Notes under the pieces: model-generated
Seen by the model: only the letters and a program-made list of their open reading frames with translations
What the model was told of the DNA's origin: nothing
Databases searched by the model: none
Source: Candidatus Coprovivens sp.
GTDB taxonomy: Bacteria; Bacillota_I; Bacilli_A; RF39; UBA660
Assembly: GCA_051892935.1 (NCBI GenBank)
Contig: JBJFGS010000034.1
Location: forward strand, 10,710 to 46,093
Reading direction: 5' to 3'
Length of the DNA: 35,384 nucleotides
Program-made: the position numbers and the translations under genes
In this document: piece after piece, positions 27,376-35,384 of the stretch
Layout: the number at the start of each line of letters is the position of its first letter
Position numbering within the stretch: the first letter of the stretch is position 1

Positions 27376-30300
27376 TTAGTTCTTTTGGTACTTTTTAAAA
27401 ATAGCTTTTATGAACAAATCAATAATTAATATCAAAAATCCAACTATTATGAATTTTCTACCTGACTTTGTTTCAGGGTTAACTCCTGTGGCTCTAATTC
27501 TATTAACAACATTAACACCATATATAATATTTTCTCCAGTTGGTTCTATTTTTATAAATCCCCCATTTTCTTCTACTATAAATGTTACTCCAGGTATATC
27601 TTCAATATTCAACATATTTACAAATAAGAAGTGTTCATCTTCAGCTTCTACAGCTCTATAAGTACCATATGGTAAATCTGTAAATTCTAAAATACCTTGA
27701 GTACTTAAATATCCTTCATACTTCTTACCTGTTTCAATGTTTTCTAATACGAATTTATGTAGATATTCTTCATCTGGATTTATATTATGCTTTTCTAATA
27801 TATTTTTTAAGCCTTCTTCATCAAATTTAATTTCATCTTCTCCTGTTTCTGTATAACCATTTTTTACTGTAAAATATAAGGTTACTTTTGGTTTTTCAGT
27901 AAGTTCATTTGTTACTGTTAGATTTGTTTGATCATATGTGATTTTCTGATATTTTTTTAAATTATCATTTGCTACTTCTTCTATAGTATAAGAATATTTA
28001 TAACCATTATCATCATATGCAGGAACTTTATCTACTTTAGTTGACCAAGTATTTGAATCTCCATTTAATTCTAATTCTTTGTAAAGTGTTCCATTTTGAT
28101 AAAGATTTATTATTACAGATTGAGAACGTGTTTTATATTCATTATCATAATCTATCCATTTTTTAGTAATTGTTAAATCGATATCTTTCTTTAACTTGTT
28201 AGTTACTGATAAACCATCATCGCCATATGTAATATCAGAATATTCAGTAATAATATTCTCATTTATTTCTTTAATAGTATATTCATACTTTTCTTGATTA
28301 TCATCATATTTAGGAACTTCTATAGTAGATGACCAGATATTAGTGTTACCACTTAATGTTATTATTTTATATTCTTTATTATTCTGTAATAAAGTAATAT
28401 CTAAATTTGTAGGTCTTGTATTATAAGAATTATTGCCATCTACCCAGTTTTTAGTAATACTTATTTCTATGTTTTGTTTTAATGTATTAGTAATAACATA
28501 ATTAGCTTGATCATATTCAGTAAGACCATAACTACTTAAAGTATCTTCTTCTATAGTATATGTATACTTAATTCCATTACTATCATATTTAGGTACAAGT
28601 ATTTCATTACTTGCCCAAGTATTGGTTGTACCAGTTAGTGTTAAATTTTGATAATTTTTATTATTTTGTTTTAAATTAACAGTGATTGAATCTGGTCTAG
28701 TATTATACTTATTAGCATTATCTATCCATTTTTTTGTAATTACTATTTTTTCTTCACCAGTTAATATATTAGTAAATGTATAAGTAGTATTATCATAACT
28801 ACTTTCATAATTATCAACATTAACCTCTTCTAAAGTATAAACATATTCATTGCCTTCACTATCGTATACAGGAACTGTTATTTTATTAAACCATTCATTA
28901 GTGCTATAATCACCTGTTATAACTACATCTTTATATTCTTTATTATTTTGTAGAATTTTAACAGTTACATTGGAAGGTCTTGTTAAATAGTTGTTGTTAT
29001 TGTCTATCCACTTCTTAGTAATTGTTAATTCTTTTGATAAGGTGTTTGTAATACTAAGTCCGTTTATAGTTGGTACATATTTATAATTATTTTCTAATGT
29101 TGGTGAAATTTCTTTAATCGAATAGTTTATTTCATTTCCGTCATCATCATATTTAGGAACTTCAATTGTTTTGATCCATTTATTTGAATCTTCTAAGTTT
29201 ATATTGCTTGTATTTAATATTATTTCAGTTGCTGTTGTTTCGTTATCGTTAGCAATTAATAAATATTTTAATGTTGATGGTCTTAAGCCTTTTTCGTTAT
29301 TATTATCATTCCATACTTTTTCTAGATTTATGTCTATATCAGCATATTGTACTGAGTTAGGTAGTGATATTTTTACTACGTTGGAATTAATACCCGTAAT
29401 AAAATCTACTGGTAATTTAGTTATTGGATCGATAGCGTTCCACTCTGTCCAACTACTATTATATGATATTGTTTTGATGTTTTCATCGTTAGGTGCTTTC
29501 ATTTTTATTAGAACATATGTTAAAGAGTTAGCTGGTAATATTGCTTTATTACCTTCACTATCAAGATATTCAAAAGCTAATGATTTTACTTTAGTTTTAT
29601 CAATTGTATCGTTATATTCTTTCCATGTATTATCTTCTGTTAGTGTACTAGCATTTTTATTTTCTGAATAGTATGTTTTTATTGTATATCCTTTTGATTC
29701 AGCATAACTAGTATCTATTCCTAGGAATTCACCATACCAATGACCTCTGTTGTTGTGTCCTTCTTCTAAATTAGAATATATTACTAAATTAGTTATATCG
29801 TTTGCTCCGGTTCTAGCTCTTAGTTTATATTCGTAATTTGAACCATAAGATGCTTCAACTACTCCAGTTGAATAGTTACTTTGATCTGTATGAACGTAAG
29901 TAGTAAGGTCTTGATGAGTAGAAACTACTGAAGTTATAGAAACAGAATCAGAATAATACATTATTTTTTCTGATGTATTTGAATTGTTATTTATATCAGT
30001 TGCATCAATATCATATCGACCATTATCACTAATAATATTACTGCCCCAATATTGATTACTTGTAAAATAGTTTTCATACAAATTTCTATTTAAAAATTTA
30101 GCATATGCATAATTTTTGTATACCGATCCATGCTCTAAATAAGAATCATATGAAATTTTTGTTTTTATAGAAAATTTAACATAATTACTATCATTATAGC
30201 CCATTTCTAGCCAAATAGGATGTTCTGTCAAATCGATTTTTATATAAATATATGTTCTGTTGGTATCGTTCCAGTTTTCTATGATATTAATCGTTGTATT

Positions 30301-32892
30301 ATTCAAAATCAATTTTTTAAATTCACTATTTGATATGGTATTATATGTTTCATATAGGTAAATTTTTCGGTAATAATTATCCAATGAACTCGAAAATGAA
30401 TTTAATATTTCTTCAGATGTTGATACAACTTCCATTCCTTTTGGAAGCAAATCGAATATTTCCCAACCAACATTTTTATATTTATCATTTATAAGATAAC
30501 CATAATTTTTAAATTCATAGCCTGTTATTGAGTTTTTCATATATTCATCATTTAAACTCAATGTAACATTAGTGTAAAAACACTCGTCATTAACGTTTTG
30601 AATTGCAGAACTCATGTCAGTGAATAAAAGTAGTGAATTTTGTATATAGGGAATATCATATTTCTCATATCCAATATAAGCTTCACTTCTTTGTAAATAT
30701 GTTCCATAAGTGTTTTTATCATAATTTGCAATTTCTAATTGAGTCATAAAATTTGAATATGAGCTTAAATCAGGTTCATTTTGTATTACTCCGTCAATAT
30801 AAATTTGAAGAAATGCAAAATTATAAATGTAACCAGATTCGGCAATATTACTAGCATTGTTTATAACCACATTTGATTTTCTCAAGTTATAAGTATCATC
30901 TTTTACTATCAAACTTTCCGTCATAGCTTTTATAATGAAATAATATCCAACTATTTTATCATTTTGGGTAAACTCCCAATAACCGCTTCCATCAGAATCT
31001 GAAGTAGTTATTTCTCCTCCATTTCCATTAGTAAATTCTTCGTATTTTGTATATGCATTTTCATTAGAATATCTAATCCATAATTCACAATTATACTTTC
31101 CATTTTCTATAGAAATTGAATTCCCATTAACTATGGTATTTGGAAAACTAATTTTTGAAAAGTAGTATTCATCATCACTGAGTTTCCTGTATTTCCCGTC
31201 TATTCCGGATATATATAACAAATCATCACCAAATTTCACATCCATTGGTTTCCCGGTATAAACAGTTGACGGAAATAAAGTCGAATATTCTATTCCTCCA
31301 TTTCCTAATTTTACATCTTGTCCAATTAGTGATTCATAATATACTTTTTTAGTGGAAGATGGCCATAAATTTTGTGAAAATTTTTTTGAAATACCATATA
31401 AATTTCCAGAATATGAAAATTCAAAATCACTTAAATTTAATGAAACATCAGAGCTTGCAACATTCTTATACTCTCCAGAATCCAAGTATTTTGCATAAAA
31501 ATCAACGTGATTACTAATATTTAAATTGCCTAGTGTATCATTAAATTTTTCTTTTGGATACCCTACATATATAAAGTCTTTGGTACTACTATCTGTCCAT
31601 GAATTGATTTTTATTGTATATGTTCCCGATTCCGAAGATAATACATTTAATGATGAATCTACAACAACACAATCTGATGGAATAGTATCTACGATGTTAA
31701 ACTCTTTAGCGCCAACATATGGATAAATTGTTTGAGACCTTCCGTCTATATTGAACACATATTTTACCCAATAATAATCTCCATTTGGTAAGCCATCTAA
31801 TGAAGTTATTTTTGTAGCAGTTTTCTTTATTTTGTAAGGTTGATATTCCCATGGATGATAATAATTTCTAACGTATGATAAAGATATTTTATTACTAGTA
31901 GTTATTTTACTTATTGTTGATAATTCTGCAGAAAAACCATATGATGACCATGATACTGATGTTTTCATTGCAAATTTAACATAACTGTCATTAACTATTA
32001 AAATCTTATTTGGAAATGATTCAACAGAATACCAATGTTCTATAGTACCTTTCGAATTATAAATATAAAGATAATCTCCACTATCATATAGTTTATTTTT
32101 ATCACTAAAAACTATTTTTATGGCATCACCAGAGTAATCTGTATACTCCCAGTAATCACTATCAACTGACATATTTGCTGGATAACCGCTAGGATAATTA
32201 GGTGAAGTAATAGTAGTTGAATTTCCTAAGGATGCTAAAGAATATAAAGTTGCTTCTAATGTTTTATCTACTTTTTTTGTACATTCATCAGTAAACCCTT
32301 TGAAGCTAGTACTGTAAGATATATGATCATAATCGTATTTTGGTGTTAAAGAGTATACAATTTGAATACTACCTTCTAAATTAGCTTTTTTTTCAATAGC
32401 AACGGCATTGGTGAATGTGTATGTTGCTGATGTTGTTTTAGATTGAAAATTCCAATCGTATCCCGAGTGAGTGGAATCATTTGCACCTACAGTAATTGTA
32501 TAAGACCATAGTTCAGAAGCTGCTGAAACTAGATTCGGTATTGTTATACCAAGTTCATTAATATTATAGTTTGTTACTGCATTGGTATTTTTGTAATTAA
32601 TTTGTACTGTTATTACTCTAGTTTCTCCATCTTTATAGCTACCATCTGAGGCATTCCAGTTTATTTCTGTTAGAGGAGTTTTACCATCATCAACAGTTGA
32701 ATCATAAAAAACAGTTGATAGTTCCCAATTATCTAAAGGTATTTCTTCAGTTCCTTCTTTTAATTCTTGTTTATTAATAAGACTAAACAAAAAGTTATTA
32801 TTATTAAATAGTAATGTGCCAATGATAAAAAGCATAATTATGACAATTGGAATAATTGTAGCTTTATTTATTTTATTTAATATCTTGTCCAT
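27376..32892 (-). CDS. Large adhesin-like surface protein: CUB-like domain, five Cna B-type repeats, SpaA-like domain, NPET anchor
   Basis: N-terminal hydrophobic helix; TITSPNYPSGYP...DYLYIY...YGFSA (CUB-like); five K.W.D..N....R...P.YD.nG..y.Y.i.E repeats; FTDLPYGTYRAVE; VNPETKS + TM + KK. Confidence 0.88.
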   Translation of the reverse strand: MDKILNKINKATIIPIVIIMLFIIGTLLFNNNNFLFSLINKQELKEGTEEIPLDNWELSTVFYDSTVDDGKTPLTEINWNASDGSYKDGETRVITVQINYKNTNAVTNYNINELGITIPNLVSAASELWSYTITVGANDSTHSGYDWNFQSKTTSATYTFTNAVAIEKKANLEGSIQIVYSLTPKYDYDHISYSTSFKGFTDECTKKVDKTLEATLYSLASLGNSTTITSPNYPSGYPANMSVDSDYWEYTDYSGDAIKIVFSDKNKLYDSGDYLYIYNSKGTIEHWYSVESFPNKILIVNDSYVKFAMKTSVSWSSYGFSAELSTISKITTSNKISLSYVRNYYHPWEYQPYKIKKTATKITSLDGLPNGDYYWVKYVFNIDGRSQTIYPYVGAKEFNIVDTIPSDCVVVDSSLNVLSSESGTYTIKINSWTDSSTKDFIYVGYPKEKFNDTLGNLNISNHVDFYAKYLDSGEYKNVASSDVSLNLSDFEFSYSGNLYGISKKFSQNLWPSSTKKVYYESLIGQDVKLGNGGIEYSTLFPSTVYTGKPMDVKFGDDLLYISGIDGKYRKLSDDEYYFSKISFPNTIVNGNSISIENGKYNCELWIRYSNENAYTKYEEFTNGNGGEITTSDSDGSGYWEFTQNDKIVGYYFIIKAMTESLIVKDDTYNLRKSNVVINNASNIAESGYIYNFAFLQIYIDGVIQNEPDLSSYSNFMTQLEIANYDKNTYGTYLQRSEAYIGYEKYDIPYIQNSLLLFTDMSSAIQNVNDECFYTNVTLSLNDEYMKNSITGYEFKNYGYLINDKYKNVGWEIFDLLPKGMEVVSTSEEILNSFSSSLDNYYRKIYLYETYNTISNSEFKKLILNNTTINIIENWNDTNRTYIYIKIDLTEHPIWLEMGYNDSNYVKFSIKTKISYDSYLEHGSVYKNYAYAKFLNRNLYENYFTSNQYWGSNIISDNGRYDIDATDINNNSNTSEKIMYYSDSVSITSVVSTHQDLTTYVHTDQSNYSTGVVEASYGSNYEYKLRARTGANDITNLVIYSNLEEGHNNRGHWYGEFLGIDTSYAESKGYTIKTYYSENKNASTLTEDNTWKEYNDTIDKTKVKSLAFEYLDSEGNKAILPANSLTYVLIKMKAPNDENIKTISYNSSWTEWNAIDPITKLPVDFITGINSNVVKISLPNSVQYADIDINLEKVWNDNNNEKGLRPSTLKYLLIANDNETTATEIILNTSNINLEDSNKWIKTIEVPKYDDDGNEINYSIKEISPTLENNYKYVPTINGLSITNTLSKELTITKKWIDNNNNYLTRPSNVTVKILQNNKEYKDVVITGDYSTNEWFNKITVPVYDSEGNEYVYTLEEVNVDNYESSYDNTTYTFTNILTGEEKIVITKKWIDNANKYNTRPDSITVNLKQNNKNYQNLTLTGTTNTWASNEILVPKYDSNGIKYTYTIEEDTLSSYGLTEYDQANYVITNTLKQNIEISITKNWVDGNNSYNTRPTNLDITLLQNNKEYKIITLSGNTNIWSSTIEVPKYDDNQEKYEYTIKEINENIITEYSDITYGDDGLSVTNKLKKDIDLTITKKWIDYDNEYKTRSQSVIINLYQNGTLYKELELNGDSNTWSTKVDKVPAYDDNGYKYSYTIEEVANDNLKKYQKITYDQTNLTVTNELTEKPKVTLYFTVKNGYTETGEDEIKFDEEGLKNILEKHNINPDEEYLHKFVLENIETGKKYEGYLSTQGILEFTDLPYGTYRAVEAEDEHFLFVNMLNIEDIPGVTFIVEENGGFIKIEPTGENIIYGVNVVNRIRATGVNPETKSGRKFIIVGFLILIIDLFIKAIFKKYQKN
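27900..29340 (-). repeat. Five tandem Cna B-type domain repeats (about 95 aa each)
   Basis: Repeat starts EKVWNDNNN, TKKWIDNNN, TKKWIDNAN, TKNWVDGNN and TKKWIDYDN; each ends with TN.L. Boundaries approximate. Confidence 0.85.
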
Positions 32893-32977
32893 ATTATTTC
32901 ACTACCTCTACTATGTACTATCTATTTTGATGTTATCTTATTTGTAAGTACTATGTCAATAATATTTAATGCAAAAT

Positions 32978-33008
32978 AAAAAAAAAAGCAACTTTTTATA
33001 GTTGCTTT
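32978..33008 (-). terminator. rpoC intrinsic terminator
   Basis: AAAGCAACT / AGTTGCTTT hairpin followed by a long U-tract just after the rpoC stop. Confidence 0.8.
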
Positions 33009-33014
33009 AATTTG

Positions 33015-35384
33015 TTAGCTTAATTGTTCTGCTAAGTCAGATTCTACTGACTCTTCAAGAGCAATAGCTTCTTCTCTTATTTCTTCATCATCAATTAGTT
33101 GTTCTTCTAAGAATTCACTTGGTTCATCACTCATGAATTCTTTTTCAAGTATCATTTCAATATTGCTATATTGTCTAGCACCTGTACCAGCTGGGATTAA
33201 TTTACCAATGATAACATTTTCTTTTAATCCTCTTAATTCATCTACTTTTCCTTTTATTGCAGCTTCTGTAAGAACTCTTGTAGTTTCTTGGAATGAAGCA
33301 GCAGATAACCAAGAATCAGTTTCTAATGAAGATTTTGTAATACCTAGCATTACAGGACGTCCTGTTGCTGGTACACCACCATTTAAGATAACAGGTTTAT
33401 TTGCAGCATTGAATTCATGGATTGAAACAGATAGACCTTCAACTAGTCCAGTGTCTCCACCATCAACTATTTTCATCTTAGAAATCATACGACGAACGAT
33501 AACTTCGATATGTTTATCAGAAATATCAACACCTTGTGATTTATAAACTTTTTGAATTTCTTTTAGGATATAACTTTCAGCTGTTATTGGGTCAGTAACT
33601 GCAAGTAATTCTTTTGGACTAACAGATCCTTCTGTTAATTGTTCACCTGCAACTACTTCTTGACCGATTTCTACACGAACTTTTGAGTTATATAATGTTG
33701 TATGTTCACGAGATTCAACTTCGTTTTCAACAACAATTTTATGTTTTCCGTTAGCAGCTTCGATGCTAACTACTTTACCATTGATTTCAGAAATAGTAGC
33801 TTTAGCTTTTGGATTACGAGCTTCGAATAATTCTTCAACACGTGGAAGACCTTGTGTGATGTCGGCGTCACCACCATGCGCAACACCTCCTGAGTGGAAT
33901 GTACGCATTGTTAATTGTGTACCTGGTTCACCAATTGATTGAGCAGCCATTACACCAACAGCTTCACCTGTTTCAACTAAGTTACCAGTAGCAAGGTTAC
34001 GTCCATAACATTTTTGACATACACCATGTTGTGATTTACATGTTAAGGCACTACGAATTTCAACTTTTTTAATTCCTGCTTTAACAATTTTCTTAGCTAT
34101 ATTTTCGTTAATCATTTCATTTTTATCGATAATTAATTCTTTAGTTTCTGGATTAATTACCTTAGTAGCAGTAAATCTACCAACAATACGATCTTCTAAT
34201 GGTTCAATAACGTTACCAACTTTTTCATCAATGAAGTCACTAACCTCAATACCAGAAATAGCACCACAGTCAGCTTCTTTAACGATTATATCTTGAGCAA
34301 CATCTACTAAACGACGAGTCATGTATCCAGAGTCGGCAGTACGTAAGGCTGTATCGGCAGAACCTTTACGAGCACCATGTGTACTTAAGAAGAATTCAGA
34401 AACGTTAAGTCCTTCAATGAAGTTTGACTTAATTGGGATTTCAACTGGTTGACCATTTGGTTTAGCCATTAATCCACGCATACCTGCTAATTGAGTAAAG
34501 TTTCCGGCATTACCACGAGCTCCAGAGTTCATCATCATGAATATTGGGTTTTTATGGTCGCCACCGCTTATTTCTTTTAACTCTGCTTCAACGTCATCTT
34601 TTGTATCATTCCATACTTGAATTACGTTGTTGAATCTTTCTTCTTCAGTAATTAAACCTCTTTGGAATTGTTTATTAATTTTATCAACTTTTTCTTGAGC
34701 AGCTTCAATTTTATCATTTTTATCTTTAGCTTCAATGATATCGAATGCTGATACTGTGATACCAGCTACAGTTGAATATTTGAATCCTAAATCTTTCATT
34801 GCATCTAGAACTGTTGAAGTTTCAATAGTTTTATAACGTTTGAATATTTGAGCAATGATTTGAGATAAGTTTTTCTTAATAAATGGATTAACTGGTTCCA
34901 TTTTTGAAATTTCTTCTTTGATATTTACTCCCATTGGTAAGAAGAATTTACTTGGAGTAATATTTTCAATATTCTCTTTACTTGCTTCATTAATATATGG
35001 GAATGAATCTGGTAAGATTTCATTGAATATTAGTTTTCCAGCAGTAGTTACCAAATATTTATCTTTTTGATCGTCAGTAAATAATTTGTATTTGAATGAA
35101 CTAACTGGAACAGCAATTCTTGTATGTAAAGTAATTTCTCTTCTTTCATAAGCCATGATTGCTTCGTTAGAATTTTTGTATACTTTACCTTCGTTTTCTT
35201 CACCTGGTTCTTCAATAGATAGATAATAGTTACCTAATACCATATCTTGTGATGGTGTAACGATTGGTTTTCCTGATTTTGGATCAAGGATGTTTTGTGC
35301 ACCTAGCATTAGAAGTCTTGCTTCTGCTTTAGCTTCTTCTGATAATGGTACGTGAACAGCCATTTGGTCACCATCGAAGTCAGC
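33015..35384 (-). CDS. rpoC: DNA-directed RNA polymerase subunit beta' (5'-truncated by window)
   Basis: Frame is open from the window edge with catalytic [13 protein letters not shown]; [70 protein letters not shown]. Confidence 0.99.
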   Translation of the reverse strand, partial: ADFDGDQMAVHVPLSEEAKAEARLLMLGAQNILDPKSGKPIVTPSQDMVLGNYYLSIEEPGEENEGKVYKNSNEAIMAYERREITLHTRIAVPVSSFKYKLFTDDQKDKYLVTTAGKLIFNEILPDSFPYINEASKENIENITPSKFFLPMGVNIKEEISKMEPVNPFIKKNLSQIIAQIFKRYKTIETSTVLDAMKDLGFKYSTVAGITVSAFDIIEAKDKNDKIEAAQEKVDKINKQFQRGLITEEERFNNVIQVWNDTKDDVEAELKEISGGDHKNPIFMMMNSGARGNAGNFTQLAGMRGLMAKPNGQPVEIPIKSNFIEGLNVSEFFLSTHGARKGSADTALRTADSGYMTRRLVDVAQDIIVKEADCGAISGIEVSDFIDEKVGNVIEPLEDRIVGRFTATKVINPETKELIIDKNEMINENIAKKIVKAGIKKVEIRSALTCKSQHGVCQKCYGRNLATGNLVETGEAVGVMAAQSIGEPGTQLTMRTFHSGGVAHGGDADITQGLPRVEELFEARNPKAKATISEINGKVVSIEAANGKHKIVVENEVESREHTTLYNSKVRVEIGQEVVAGEQLTEGSVSPKELLAVTDPITAESYILKEIQKVYKSQGVDISDKHIEVIVRRMISKMKIVDGGDTGLVEGLSVSIHEFNAANKPVILNGGVPATGRPVMLGITKSSLETDSWLSAASFQETTRVLTEAAIKGKVDELRGLKENVIIGKLIPAGTGARQYSNIEMILEKEFMSDEPSEFLEEQLIDDEEIREEAIALEESVESDLAEQLS

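Noticed and set aside
963-33546. Remaining short plus-strand ORFs nested opposite long minus-strand genes (e.g. 963, 4617, 8230, 11794, 22151, 24358, 29171, 33133)
   Set aside because: Antisense to well-supported CDSs, with no recognisable motifs.

Overview
AT-rich chromosomal window from a low-GC Gram-positive bacterium. The suf gene order, T-box, Cheo-type SOS box, Coat F genes and TGA-as-stop point to Bacilli, possibly an uncultured RF39-like lineage (inference). Nearly all genes are on the minus strand. Left to right: a partial acidic repeat protein, rdgB, a Ser T-box-led unit (Nudix - HD hydrolase - serS), a surface protein broken by an in-frame stop, a membrane-anchored HipA-like pseudokinase, signal peptidase I, another surface protein, a polytopic membrane protein, two spore-coat-like genes, sufC-D-S-U without sufB, a hypothetical kinase-like protein, LysR, a membrane thioredoxin with a Lys/Thr-rich tail, a cyclophilin lipoprotein, AlkD divergent from an SOS-boxed Y-family polymerase/YolD pair, tRNA-Ala(UGC), two hypotheticals, four tandem surface-protein genes and the 3' part of rpoC. 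Three signals stand out. (1) Six surface proteins share a Gly-less NPxT+TM+basic tail, often behind a shared InlB-B-like stalk, with a nearly identical DNA cassette in two genes and a 26-bp direct repeat around the largest. (2) Two nucleotide/alarmone hydrolase genes lie inside the serS T-box unit. (3) The HipA-like protein is catalytically degenerate and tail-anchored. No integrase, transposase, CRISPR array or reverse transcriptase was seen. All family calls come from motif recognition by eye, not database searches.
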